From the IMG/VR virus record IMGVR_UViG_3300042275_000095, positions 27,110-91,109 of that record: a DNA stretch of 64,000 bases; one strand, given 5' to 3'. Position 1 is the stretch's first letter. Every line of letters starts with the position of its first letter. The translations under genes and the position numbers were made by a program. The DNA is from a virus. Its lineage: Duplodnaviria > Caudoviricetes. A model generated the notes under the pieces. It searched no databases. It was not told where the DNA came from and saw only the letters and a program-made list of their open reading frames with translations. Positions 27,838-37,715 of the stretch are shown piece after piece.

Positions 27838-27862
27838 GTGCATCTCTTTCTCCTTTAGGGAG
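27838..27862. repeat. dispersed hairpin/polypurine/GATGC motif (representative copy)
   Basis: GTGCATCTCTTTCTCCTTTAGGGAG. Related copies at 8147, 17846, 20823, 52445, 58025 and 60768. Confidence 0.75.
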
Positions 27863-27961
27863 ATAGCCAAATACTCTAAAGTAATTACTCTTGTTAACTA
27901 TTAACTCTAATATACTAATCTATATCTCTAAATAAATATTTAAAATAATATATTGTCTAGC

Positions 27962-27992
27962 TTGATTTTGTCAAAATTTTAGTATAACTTTA
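27962..27992 (+). promoter_or_regulatory. Bacteroidota-type promoter for the rightward arm
   Basis: TTG-N20-TAACTTTA. Confidence 0.55.
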
Positions 27993-28006
27993 TCCACTGA
28001 AGTAAG

Positions 28007-28068
28007 TTAGTAATAAATCACAGGTAACTAATAAGTAAATTAGTAATAATCCACAGATAACTAATAAG
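28007..28068 (+). repeat. two imperfect 29-bp direct repeats (33-bp period)
   Basis: TTAGTAATAAATCACAGGTAACTAATAAG / TTAGTAATAATCCACAGATAACTAATAAG. Confidence 0.8.
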
Positions 28069-28156
28069 ACTTACAATTTTAGAAAGTTTTTTAATTTTTT
28101 TAAATTACTATAAATTAATTACTAATAAAATAAGTTATAAATTAAATTAATTTAAA

Positions 28157-28549
28157 ATGGAAGAGTTAACTAAGTTTGAACCTTATGGAGAATCATTAAT
28201 GATTAAAAGAGTTATTACAGTATCTAATTTAGCATTAAATGGAGTAGGTAAGGTAAAACCAGAACATGAGAAAGAAATTTCAATTACTATTGTAAAAGTG
28301 GGTAATGACAAATACAAAGATGTTATTGGTAAACGACCTATGTTTCCAAGTAATATGAAGCAGATGATGATTAATGGTAGTGCTACATTAGTATATGATA
28401 TGGATAATAAGAAATCTATTCAATATTATCAGGAGCATAATAAAGAATCTAATGTAATAAAAGATAATAAAGAAATTGATATAACAGGTGTTACTGAGTT
28501 TGTAGATTATTTTATTGTAAATGCTAATTATTTAATTGGAATAAAATAG
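28157..28549 (+). CDS. putative GroES/gp31-like co-chaperonin
   Basis: FEPYGESLMIKR, ITIVKVGN, IGKRPMF and YFIVNANYLIGI parallel GroES segments IRPLxDRVxVKR, GEVxAVG, VGDxVxF and YLIxxExDILAI. Confidence 0.55.
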   Translation: MEELTKFEPYGESLMIKRVITVSNLALNGVGKVKPEHEKEISITIVKVGNDKYKDVIGKRPMFPSNMKQMMINGSATLVYDMDNKKSIQYYQEHNKESNVIKDNKEIDITGVTEFVDYFIVNANYLIGIK

Positions 28550-28974
28550 TGAGAAAAGACCGGATAATAACAAGTGCATTGAACGCAGCAGTTGAAGCGG
28601 CTAATGAATCAGGAGATAGTAGAATTAAAAAACTTAATAATTCTGATACATTAGATTTAGTTACGCTTATAATTAATCATCATACGATGTGTATTAGAGA
28701 TGAGATGTTATCTGGTGAAGATAGAGTTATAATTCCTAAAATAGGAGCTTTCACTAAGAACAACAATAAAGCAATTTTTAATGATATAAAAAAGACGGTT
28801 TTAAATAAGCATGGATATTCTGATTGGATTGATGTACCTAAGCCTTTAAGACCGTCTATTTTAAGGGAGATAAACCTTATAGCAAAGGATAAATTTCAAA
28901 GCATTAAAAGAGCTAAAAAGGTTAAAGCTATTGATGTGTTGAATGAAAATAATATATCATTTAAAAAAGATTAA
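28549..28974 (+). CDS. HU/IHF-like DNA-binding protein
   Basis: Helix followed by GEDRVIIPKIGAFT (HU V.I.GFG.F motif), basic C-terminus. Confidence 0.6.
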   Translation: MRKDRIITSALNAAVEAANESGDSRIKKLNNSDTLDLVTLIINHHTMCIRDEMLSGEDRVIIPKIGAFTKNNNKAIFNDIKKTVLNKHGYSDWIDVPKPLRPSILREINLIAKDKFQSIKRAKKVKAIDVLNENNISFKKD

Positions 28975-28992
28975 ATTTTTTTACATTAATAG

Positions 28993-29023
28993 TTGTATAT
29001 ATTAAAAAGGTGTACTATCTTTG
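28993..29023 (+). promoter_or_regulatory. Bacteroidota sigma-A promoter
   Basis: TTG-N20-TATCTTTG, exact TAnnTTTG -7 box. Confidence 0.75.
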
Positions 29024-29048
29024 TAGTGAACTTAAAAATTTAAGCCTT

Positions 29049-29213
29049 ATGACAAATATTGTTGTTACTGAATCAGCAAGACAGGTAGTAAAATCAAATG
29101 GAAAAGCATTAAATTCTACTATTAGTGAAGTACGCAAATCTAAGAAATCTGAAGGTAGAACTAAATTAGGAATTACATTTAAGAGAATAGCAAATGCAAT
29201 CTATTTGATGTAA
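29049..29213 (+). CDS. small basic protein
   Basis: True start is likely ATG 29049 (MTNIVV...), downstream of the promoter. Confidence 0.6.
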   Translation: MTNIVVTESARQVVKSNGKALNSTISEVRKSKKSEGRTKLGITFKRIANAIYLM

Positions 29214-29214
29214 T

Positions 29215-29865
29215 ATGAAATTAGATAACAGATTTACACCTATATTAAAGGATGATGAAAATGCCGTAAGTATAAGTCTTCCACTATGTGACAGAGCATA
29301 TAGGGAATTATATGAAGACAAAGCCGACCCTATTCTAAGAGATAAGGAGTTGGCTTTTGTCGTATTAACTCAGTCACCTAGTAGTTCACTAGTTAAACAA
29401 GGGTTTGAAGGTGATGAGTTATTTGAAGCTGCTAGACGTGAATTAGGATTATCTAAATTGTGGAAACCATCAGAGAAGGTATTACATGCAATACAACATT
29501 ATAATAGTACAAATGGTTCTGCAATTGAAAAGTATGTAAAGAACTTACATAAACAATACAACAATAGAAATAAGAGTATTAGTATAATAGCTAAGAAAAT
29601 AAAATTATTACAAAATCAAATTCATAGAGTTGAAGAGTTAGGAGATAACAATACTTCTATGGTATTAGAGTTAATAAATCAATTAGTTGAATTAGAAAAA
29701 TCAATAGATGTATTATCTAAATCTGTACCAGAACAAGTTAAAACTTTTAATAGTGCTATATCAGAACTACAAGAAGAGATGAAACGCAATGTTGTAACTC
29801 AAGGTGGTGGTATAGTAGATGATTCTATGGATCCTGACAAATCAGTTATAAATCAAAGATCATGA
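29215..29865 (+). CDS. conserved crAss-like protein upstream of terminase (possible small terminase subunit)
   Basis: Helical, 216 aa, syntenic position before the PD-(D/E)xK nuclease and TerL. Confidence 0.5.
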   Translation: MKLDNRFTPILKDDENAVSISLPLCDRAYRELYEDKADPILRDKELAFVVLTQSPSSSLVKQGFEGDELFEAARRELGLSKLWKPSEKVLHAIQHYNSTNGSAIEKYVKNLHKQYNNRNKSISIIAKKIKLLQNQIHRVEELGDNNTSMVLELINQLVELEKSIDVLSKSVPEQVKTFNSAISELQEEMKRNVVTQGGGIVDDSMDPDKSVINQRS

Positions 29866-30842
29866 TGGTAGAAGAACGCATAATCTATTTTAATGAAGAA
29901 TTGCATAAATATACCGATCAATTTAGTAATGTATATACAAGTGCTACAACTAAGTTAAGTGAATATGAACAAAAGCAAGACTTTAAAAAAATAGCAATGG
30001 CTTGCGAAAGGATTGGTAAGAATCCAGAACATAGAAACTATTATAAATACAAAGGTAAAACTGCTCAACAATTATTGAAAGAGTGGAAACTAATTACCGA
30101 CAACTCACTCGATAGAGGAAATACGGAACACAATTATTTAGAAATAAGTGTGAAATTAGCTAATGGGTTTGAGAGTAATTATAAAAAAGGTAAAAGTTTA
30201 TCAATTGGAAATAAAGAATATACTAGAATGTATAGTATATATGATTTGAAAATAGGTAACTTAAATGATGTAGGAGAAATATCAATTGAAGAATTAAAAG
30301 TTCAGAATTTACATATACGATACCCTGATATATTTAATCTAATTGTCAGTTTACATAAAAAAGGATTTAAGTTTTATCCTGAGATAGTAGTCTATCATCC
30401 TGATTGGTTAATTTCAGGTATGGTAGATTTACTTGCTGTTAGAGGTAATGAATTTATAATTATTGATTGGAAAACTAATAAAGGAGATATATCTTTTGAA
30501 GCGGGTTATTATGAGAAAGATTCTAATGGTGATATGACAAATGTATTTCATAAAACAGGTAAAACATTTAAATATCCTATTCAACATTTACCTGCATCTA
30601 CAGGTCATAAGTACTCATTACAATTATCATTATATGCATATTTCATTGAAAGGTTTGGATTTAAATTAAAAGGTTTATTATTATTTCATATTACACATAA
30701 CGAGATTAAAGAAAGTGACAATATAAGATGGAGAACTAAACCTATTAAAATTGAATACTTTAAAGATGAAATTGAAGCTATAGGTAATGATATAATATTA
30801 ACAGGTGATAACCGTAATACTCAATATAATGCATTTAAATAA
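29862..30842 (+). CDS. PD-(D/E)xK family nuclease
   Basis: RGNTEH...PEIVVY...SGMVDLL...IIDWKTN...YSLQLSLY. Confidence 0.88.
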   Translation: MMVEERIIYFNEELHKYTDQFSNVYTSATTKLSEYEQKQDFKKIAMACERIGKNPEHRNYYKYKGKTAQQLLKEWKLITDNSLDRGNTEHNYLEISVKLANGFESNYKKGKSLSIGNKEYTRMYSIYDLKIGNLNDVGEISIEELKVQNLHIRYPDIFNLIVSLHKKGFKFYPEIVVYHPDWLISGMVDLLAVRGNEFIIIDWKTNKGDISFEAGYYEKDSNGDMTNVFHKTGKTFKYPIQHLPASTGHKYSLQLSLYAYFIERFGFKLKGLLLFHITHNEIKESDNIRWRTKPIKIEYFKDEIEAIGNDIILTGDNRNTQYNAFK

Positions 30843-31368
30843 TAAGGAAGTTTTATGTATTTCATCTTTTTATGAATATTCAAATATTTATAATAATATA
30901 AAAGATGATGTTGAATACGATATCCATATATATCAATGGATAGTAATAGAAAATAACTATTTACGAATCTGTAAAATAGATGGTATTTTACCTGAAACTA
31001 TTTATACAATTTCAGATGTTAGAGATTTAGTATTACCTGGTGTGTATAAATTACAATTACGTAAAGAAGATACACCTTTAACTATTAAATATAGAACCTT
31101 ATTTCCAAAATTATTTAAATACCATATAGAATTGGTTGTTCCAAATAGAACTGGGATATATTATCATATAGGTAATAAATTTAATCAGAGTGATGGTTGT
31201 GAATTAGTAGGAAATAAAATTATTAAATACAAACATAAATTTGATAATGACAAAACATATGTTTTAGAACAGGTATTAAACAGTAGAGTTACATATAAAC
31301 AAATGTACACTAATTTATTACCATTTTTAAATAATGATAATATAAATATATATATTCATATTCTATGA
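30829..31368 (+). CDS. DUF5675-type L,D-peptidase (candidate endolysin)
   Basis: LPGVYKL...VPNRTGIYYHIGNKFNQSDGCELVG (YkuD-like His/Cys motif). Likely start at 30829. Confidence 0.75.
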   Translation: MHLNNKEVLCISSFYEYSNIYNNIKDDVEYDIHIYQWIVIENNYLRICKIDGILPETIYTISDVRDLVLPGVYKLQLRKEDTPLTIKYRTLFPKLFKYHIELVVPNRTGIYYHIGNKFNQSDGCELVGNKIIKYKHKFDNDKTYVLEQVLNSRVTYKQMYTNLLPFLNNDNINIYIHIL

Positions 31369-33677
31369 CAATAGGAAAGGAATTTGTATTTGATTATCCA
31401 AGTGCTTTTATAAACTTTATAAATGAAGATAAAAGTCAATATAAAAGAGCTAAGGATTGTATTAATCCTTTAACAGGTAAAAAATATATTGATCCAAATG
31501 ATGAATTTTTAGTAGGTAAAAGTGGAGGCATATTGATGGATATGTCTTTTACTTTTGTTAATACTCATTTATTAAGAAAGCCAGCTTTAGAATATTTATC
31601 TAAAGGTAGATATACAGGAGCAAAAAGAGGTTCGTCTGAATATGATAAATTTAGACGCAGAGAAGAGTATTTTAGATATTATGGTTATGATGCCATGTGT
31701 AAAAAAACATTAGATGGTAAAATAGAAAAACTTCATATCACAGGTGAACACTATAATTTCATTAACTATGGACGTATAATGTTACTTGATGAAAGTAAGA
31801 TACGAAAAGGGTTATTGAATGTAGCTAAAGAAGAATCTATACCTATATTTATAGATGCTCAATATTGGTATTTTAAATCTAAAGAGTTTGCTAAATTAAA
31901 TTCATTTCATTTTATAGTAGGTAAAGCGAGACGTGGTGGATATAGCTATATGGAAGCTATTGATTCTGCTAATATTGTTAATTTAATACCAAAGATTACA
32001 GTTATACATGGTGCATTTGATAAGAAATATCTTACTCAAGGTAACTCTATATCAGGTATGGCACGTACTCAGTTAAACTTCTATGAACAATCTACACCTT
32101 TTAATAGATGTGGTTATAAGAAACATAAGCAAGGGTTTTATTATCCATCTGGTTTATTAAAAAAGGATTTAGAGGAAATTAAATTAGGATATAAATATAT
32201 AGATGGAACTGAAGGTGGATATTTAAGTAAGATATTAGCAATATCATTCTTTAATAATAAAGATGCAGCTATTGGAAAAGATGGTATTCGTATTAAACTA
32301 GAAGAGCTATCTAACTTTGAAAACTTTGATGGTGTAATGGGTGTACTAGAACCTACTACAAGAACAGGTTCATATACTACAGGTTTTATTGTTGCATTTG
32401 GTACTGGTGGTTCAGAAGAAGGTAAATGGATAATCTTTGAACGTAATTTCTATAATCCAATGCGACATAAGTTTTTAATGTTTGAAAATGTATGGGATAA
32501 AGATAGAAGAAATACAGTATGTGGTTTCTTTAAACCTTATTGGTGGGGATTACAAGGTACAATAAATAATAAGTATGCATTAGATGAAGATGGTAATAGT
32601 AATTATGATGTAGCTATTGAGATATCTAAGAATGAGCGTAGAATTAAATTTGAAGATGGAGATGTAACAGAATCTGATTTCACTTTATATTGTGGTCAAT
32701 ATGCAAACCATCCATCTGAAGCATTTAGTGGATCAACTTCTGGTATTTTTAGTAGTCAAGATTTAAGTAATCATATAAGTGATGTTTTATCTAATTCAGC
32801 TCATAAATATTATAGTGATGGTGTTTTAGGAGTAGTTGATGGAGTAGTTCAATTTATAAGCAATGATTCAATAAAAGCTAATAAATTAGATTATGAAATT
32901 CATCCTTATGTAGATGATGTACCTGTTAAAGGAGGACAAGATGTCCATGGATGTGTTAGAATATGGCATCATCCTAATATTCCAAATGGTGAAAAAGGTA
33001 CTGATATTTATTATGGTATAGCTGACCCTGTAGCTATAGATAAAAATAAAGATAGTATAGGGGTTAAAGATTCATTAAATTCATTTCAAATATGGATGCA
33101 ACCACGTAGAGGTACTAGAACAACAGGTGATATATTAGTTGCTACATATAGAGGTCGTAAAGACAGAACTGAAGATACAGATAGAATATTTTTATATATG
33201 CTTATTTATTACAACTGTAGAGGATTAGTAGAAATTAACAGAGGTAATTTAAAATCTAATTTTAATAAATGGGGAAGGTCACATATGTTATATCGTAATC
33301 CTCTTCGTATGTTAGAACAATTAGAACGAGATGGCTATGTAGATGAAAGTAATATACCTATAGGTTTAAATATGTCAGGTTCATTAAAAGACGATACATT
33401 ACTTCAATTAAAGTCTTTTATTTATACTATGTACACTACTGATGCAGATGATACGATTAGATTCATTTTACATGATATATCTGAAATTAGTATATTACGA
33501 GAATTGGATAAATTTGATGTTAATGGTAACTTCGATACACTTAGTGCATTATTATTATTAATGGTATTAAGAGCCTATATATTAGCAATAACTAAAGAAG
33601 ATGTTGATAAAGCATTGAATATGAATGATGCAATTAATAGAACCTCATCAATAGTTGATGAATTAGGACTAATTTAA
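31365..33677 (+). CDS. terL: terminase large subunit
   Basis: GKARRGGYSY Walker A, IKLEE Walker B, FGTGG, nuclease IADP and GNFD. Confidence 0.93.
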   Translation: MTIGKEFVFDYPSAFINFINEDKSQYKRAKDCINPLTGKKYIDPNDEFLVGKSGGILMDMSFTFVNTHLLRKPALEYLSKGRYTGAKRGSSEYDKFRRREEYFRYYGYDAMCKKTLDGKIEKLHITGEHYNFINYGRIMLLDESKIRKGLLNVAKEESIPIFIDAQYWYFKSKEFAKLNSFHFIVGKARRGGYSYMEAIDSANIVNLIPKITVIHGAFDKKYLTQGNSISGMARTQLNFYEQSTPFNRCGYKKHKQGFYYPSGLLKKDLEEIKLGYKYIDGTEGGYLSKILAISFFNNKDAAIGKDGIRIKLEELSNFENFDGVMGVLEPTTRTGSYTTGFIVAFGTGGSEEGKWIIFERNFYNPMRHKFLMFENVWDKDRRNTVCGFFKPYWWGLQGTINNKYALDEDGNSNYDVAIEISKNERRIKFEDGDVTESDFTLYCGQYANHPSEAFSGSTSGIFSSQDLSNHISDVLSNSAHKYYSDGVLGVVDGVVQFISNDSIKANKLDYEIHPYVDDVPVKGGQDVHGCVRIWHHPNIPNGEKGTDIYYGIADPVAIDKNKDSIGVKDSLNSFQIWMQPRRGTRTTGDILVATYRGRKDRTEDTDRIFLYMLIYYNCRGLVEINRGNLKSNFNKWGRSHMLYRNPLRMLEQLERDGYVDESNIPIGLNMSGSLKDDTLLQLKSFIYTMYTTDADDTIRFILHDISEISILRELDKFDVNGNFDTLSALLLLMVLRAYILAITKEDVDKALNMNDAINRTSSIVDELGLI

Positions 33678-33686
33678 GACATTGTA

Positions 33687-36107
33687 ATGGAAAATAGAAG
33701 TAAAGATATACCGGAACAAAGAGTATCATTAAATAAAAAACTTACAAGTGCTAATTGGTATGAACCAACTATTGATTATTGGATAGACCTTGCACAAAGA
33801 ACTGCTCAACCATATCAAAAAATAGCAAATGAATCTTTAGATATAGCAAATGGTGATATTGACCCTAATGAATATAAACATATAATGTCACCATTAGCTA
33901 AATCAAGTGATGAAAAAGTCAGAAGTCTTAAATTGACCACTCCAATGAGGTCTACAGATTTCATATCTGCAATTAGAGATAAATCATTAGGTGAATATAT
34001 AGAATTACCATTTCCAGTAACAGTTATATCTAATAGTGAAAAGGCAATTATACGTAAAAAGAACTTTGTTAAACGTAAATTAATGGCTTATGCAGTTGAA
34101 CGTTTCATGTCAGAAGTTAATAAGATAAAACAGCAAGCTGAACAACAGGGTCAGGAAGTAACTGAAGATATGTTTCCTGATTCTGAAACTTACGTTAATG
34201 AAGTAATTGAAGAGTTTTTAAATAATAAAGCTGATGTAGACGCTAAGATATTAAAATTAATACGTAATGAAGTAGATTTTGAAATTAAGAGAAGTGAAGC
34301 ATATGTTAATTGGTGGATGACTGAACAGTTTTATACCATGTGTGGAATTGAAGGTAATAATGTAACATATGATATTATACCTGTAACTGAAGGATTCCCT
34401 GTTTGTCAATATGGAGAGAATGTAGAAGACGGAGATGCATTTCTATATAAGTATAGATTATCTTATAATCAAATGGTTGATGAATACAGAGACCAATTAA
34501 GTAATTCTGATATGATGTTACTTAATCATATAGAAAATGCAACAGGTAAGAATGGAGCAGTAGCTAGTTTTGGTTTAACATATGGTGATTTTATAAAAGC
34601 ATTTCCTAATAGAGCAGGCAGAACTGATGATTTAGCATATAAAAATTCATTAAGTGAATGGACTAATGAAACTGTATTAATACATAAATTATTTTTTAAG
34701 AGTGAAACTAAAGTTAAAATTGTAACATATATTGATTTAGATGGCTCACAAAAGGATATTGTATTACCTGCTGATTATAAACTCAACCCTGAAATAGGTG
34801 ATATTACTTTTAGATATGATTGGATAAATGTAGTATTTGAAGCTACTAGGATTGGTGATACAACTACTGGTTTATATATACCACCTCGTATAATACCTGT
34901 TCAATTAAGTGATAGAAATAACCCATCACGTTGTAAATTACCTGTAGGCGGTAGAGTGGGATTAGTAAAAGGAATTAAATTAAAACCTGTACCGATAAGA
35001 CTAAAACCTTATCAAATTATTGATAATATATTAGTTAATAGAATTGAAGCTGAAATTGCAAAATATCAATCATTTATTGAAGCTATACCTAAGAGTGCGT
35101 TAGCTGCAATGGATGATAGTATAGGTAAAGCATTTTATTCTATTAAGAATAACAGTTTGATGATATATGATGATGATAAATTGAAACCTCAAGAATTAGT
35201 AAATGGAGTTAGATTTATTGTCAATGATAGTTTATATAACTACATTAAAGTTCTTATGGAATTAAGAGATAAGAACAAAGAAGATGCATATGATACAAGC
35301 AGTGTGAATAATGATAGTTTAGGTAACATAGATACTAAATCTGTTAAAGGTAATGTAGAATATAATATTGCTAGAGCTAGATTGGGTATGGTATTAGGGG
35401 TTCAATTGTTTAACAATGCTTTATCTAAAGATTTAACAAAATTATTAGAATATAGTAAAATAGCATGGGAACGTGGTAAGGCAGGTCATATAGAAAACAA
35501 AGATGGTAAGTTAGAAAACTTCTCTGTTAATATTGAAGAACACATGGAATCTGAATATGGAATCTTTGTTAAGAATTCTAAATCATCTCAAGATAAGATT
35601 AACCACTATGTACAATTAGCACAAGCTGGGGCTCAAAATGATATGATGGAGTTAGCAATAGAGAGTGTTGACTTTGATAATATGCCAGGTGCTAAACAAA
35701 CATTGCTAGATGCTATTAAAGCTAAACGTGACTTTGATCGTGAAATGGCAGAATATAATCGTAAGAGTGCATCTGAGAATATTCAAGCACAAGTTCAAGA
35801 TAAACAAGCTCAACGTCAACATGAAATACAATTAGAACAACTTAAACAGGAGTATGAAACTCAACGTGAAAGTATGAAGCTTGAAATGCAAATGATAATT
35901 GAACAAATGAAATTAGCAGGTGCATCTTCTGAAGGTAATGTAGATAGTCAATATCTTAAAACATTACAAGAATTACAAAAAGATAAAGCACAAGAGTTGA
36001 AACAATTAGATTTAAAATTCAAAGAACGTAAACATAAAGAAGATTTAGCATTTAAGAATAAGCAATTACAGACACAAAAAGAAATAGCTAAGATGAATAA
36101 AAATTAA
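33687..36107 (+). CDS. portal protein
   Basis: 806 aa directly after TerL, with the long C-terminal coiled coil seen in crAss-like portals. Confidence 0.88.
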   Translation: MENRSKDIPEQRVSLNKKLTSANWYEPTIDYWIDLAQRTAQPYQKIANESLDIANGDIDPNEYKHIMSPLAKSSDEKVRSLKLTTPMRSTDFISAIRDKSLGEYIELPFPVTVISNSEKAIIRKKNFVKRKLMAYAVERFMSEVNKIKQQAEQQGQEVTEDMFPDSETYVNEVIEEFLNNKADVDAKILKLIRNEVDFEIKRSEAYVNWWMTEQFYTMCGIEGNNVTYDIIPVTEGFPVCQYGENVEDGDAFLYKYRLSYNQMVDEYRDQLSNSDMMLLNHIENATGKNGAVASFGLTYGDFIKAFPNRAGRTDDLAYKNSLSEWTNETVLIHKLFFKSETKVKIVTYIDLDGSQKDIVLPADYKLNPEIGDITFRYDWINVVFEATRIGDTTTGLYIPPRIIPVQLSDRNNPSRCKLPVGGRVGLVKGIKLKPVPIRLKPYQIIDNILVNRIEAEIAKYQSFIEAIPKSALAAMDDSIGKAFYSIKNNSLMIYDDDKLKPQELVNGVRFIVNDSLYNYIKVLMELRDKNKEDAYDTSSVNNDSLGNIDTKSVKGNVEYNIARARLGMVLGVQLFNNALSKDLTKLLEYSKIAWERGKAGHIENKDGKLENFSVNIEEHMESEYGIFVKNSKSSQDKINHYVQLAQAGAQNDMMELAIESVDFDNMPGAKQTLLDAIKAKRDFDREMAEYNRKSASENIQAQVQDKQAQRQHEIQLEQLKQEYETQRESMKLEMQMIIEQMKLAGASSEGNVDSQYLKTLQELQKDKAQELKQLDLKFKERKHKEDLAFKNKQLQTQKEIAKMNKN

Positions 36108-36192
36108 ATTTAAGTTACAATATATACTGAATTGATTGTAAATAAGAATACCTATAATATATATTAATTAATAACTTAACAATTAACTGATT

Positions 36193-37713
36193 ATGACAGA
36201 TGTTAAAATTGAAAAAACAAATCTTTTGAACAGTGAATTAAACATAGTACAATTGGGAGTTGATTTTAAACTTCCTAATTTCTATGCATTAGATGTATCA
36301 GGTGGAAATAATAATTCTGATAATAATTCTGATAATACTTCTGATAATGATAATTCAGATAATAATTCAGATAATAATTCAGATAACAATAAAATTGATA
36401 ATTCAACTACTGATAAATCTAAAAATGTAAATACTAATAATTCAGATAATAATACATTTTCAACTGATGGACTTGAATCAATAACCCTTGAAGGAGAAAA
36501 AGATGATTATTATTTGAGTGCTAATGGTGAAGTAGTTAACAATAAAGGTGAAGTTAAATACAGTAAAGAAGAATATGACAAGCTAGTTGCTAATAATGTT
36601 GTTGATGATGTACCTGATGGTTACACTTTAGTTGAGGTAGATGGTTTTGATGAAACTGTTTATTTAAATGAAAATAAAGAATTAGTAAATGCAAAAGGTG
36701 AAGTATTAAAAACTGCTGATGAAGTAGAAGCTGAATATGATATGGGAAATGATGATACAAACCCATTTATTGAAGGTTTAAGAAGTACTAATTTATTTGA
36801 AGATGTAGATTCTTTAGAATTTACACCTGATAGTGTAACTAGTGTTGTAAATACTGCATATGATAAAGGTGTTAATAAAGGTAAAGATGTAGCTATAGCT
36901 GAACTTAAATCTAAGTATCCACAATTAGATGATGTAATTAGACATATGGAATTGTATGGTACAGATTTTAGTAATTTTAATCAATTACCTGATTATGCAA
37001 GCATTGAAATAAATGATAATACTTCAATTGGAGTATTAGATTCAATTGTTAAAGATTGGCATACTGCTAAAGGCTTACCTATGGATACCGATTATATTAA
37101 TTTTCTAAAGAATGGAGATAAGTATAATGAGTATGTTACTAAACTTAAAGCTGATTTATCTAATATGGTTGTTGAAAGAAAAACTGAAATGGATAAACAA
37201 ATAGCAGCTAAAGAAAAAGCCAAACAAGATAGAATTAATAATTATTGGGGAGTGGCTATAGATAATAAAGGTAATATGGTTGACCTCAATATAGAAAACT
37301 CAGTTTATAATAAAGTTATGAAAACCGGTGAAGTTAAACTGGGAGATGAAACATTGCAAATTCCTAAAGTAATTAGATCAAATATTACTGGTGAACCAAA
37401 AGAGTACTCTAGACAAGATTTCTTCAATTGGTTATTTATACCAAAACCTGTAGAAATTGATGGTGAACGAATAAATGCAACAGGTTATGATATTTATTTG
37501 TATAATACAAATAAGAATCGTACTGTAAATCACGATGTCGTAGACGCATTTACAGCTTTTACAAATGGTGATAAATCACAACTCATTAAGCAATCTGTTA
37601 ATAAGCATGTAAAAACCCAAAAGAGTATTAAACTTAGTAGTAAAAGTAGTTCAACTACCAGTAGAAAAACAAGTAAAAAAACAGATGGTAAACCTAAAAT
37701 GAGGATTAATTAA
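36193..37713 (+). CDS. putative capsid scaffolding protein
   Basis: Acidic, low-complexity N-terminus, located between portal and MCP. Confidence 0.65.
   Translation: MTDVKIEKTNLLNSELNIVQLGVDFKLPNFYALDVSGGNNNSDNNSDNTSDNDNSDNNSDNNSDNNKIDNSTTDKSKNVNTNNSDNNTFSTDGLESITLEGEKDDYYLSANGEVVNNKGEVKYSKEEYDKLVANNVVDDVPDGYTLVEVDGFDETVYLNENKELVNAKGEVLKTADEVEAEYDMGNDDTNPFIEGLRSTNLFEDVDSLEFTPDSVTSVVNTAYDKGVNKGKDVAIAELKSKYPQLDDVIRHMELYGTDFSNFNQLPDYASIEINDNTSIGVLDSIVKDWHTAKGLPMDTDYINFLKNGDKYNEYVTKLKADLSNMVVERKTEMDKQIAAKEKAKQDRINNYWGVAIDNKGNMVDLNIENSVYNKVMKTGEVKLGDETLQIPKVIRSNITGEPKEYSRQDFFNWLFIPKPVEIDGERINATGYDIYLYNTNKNRTVNHDVVDAFTAFTNGDKSQLIKQSVNKHVKTQKSIKLSSKSSSTTSRKTSKKTDGKPKMRIN
36310..36390 (+). repeat. 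12-bp tandem repeat encoding (NNSD)n
   Basis: AATAATTCWGAT units. Confidence 0.85.
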
Positions 37714-37715
37714 TT

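Noticed and set aside
28007-28068. Mini CRISPR array
   Set aside because: Only two repeats separated by 4 nt, with no spacer-sized interval and no cas genes. The PD-(D/E)xK nuclease is the usual crAss gene upstream of terminase.
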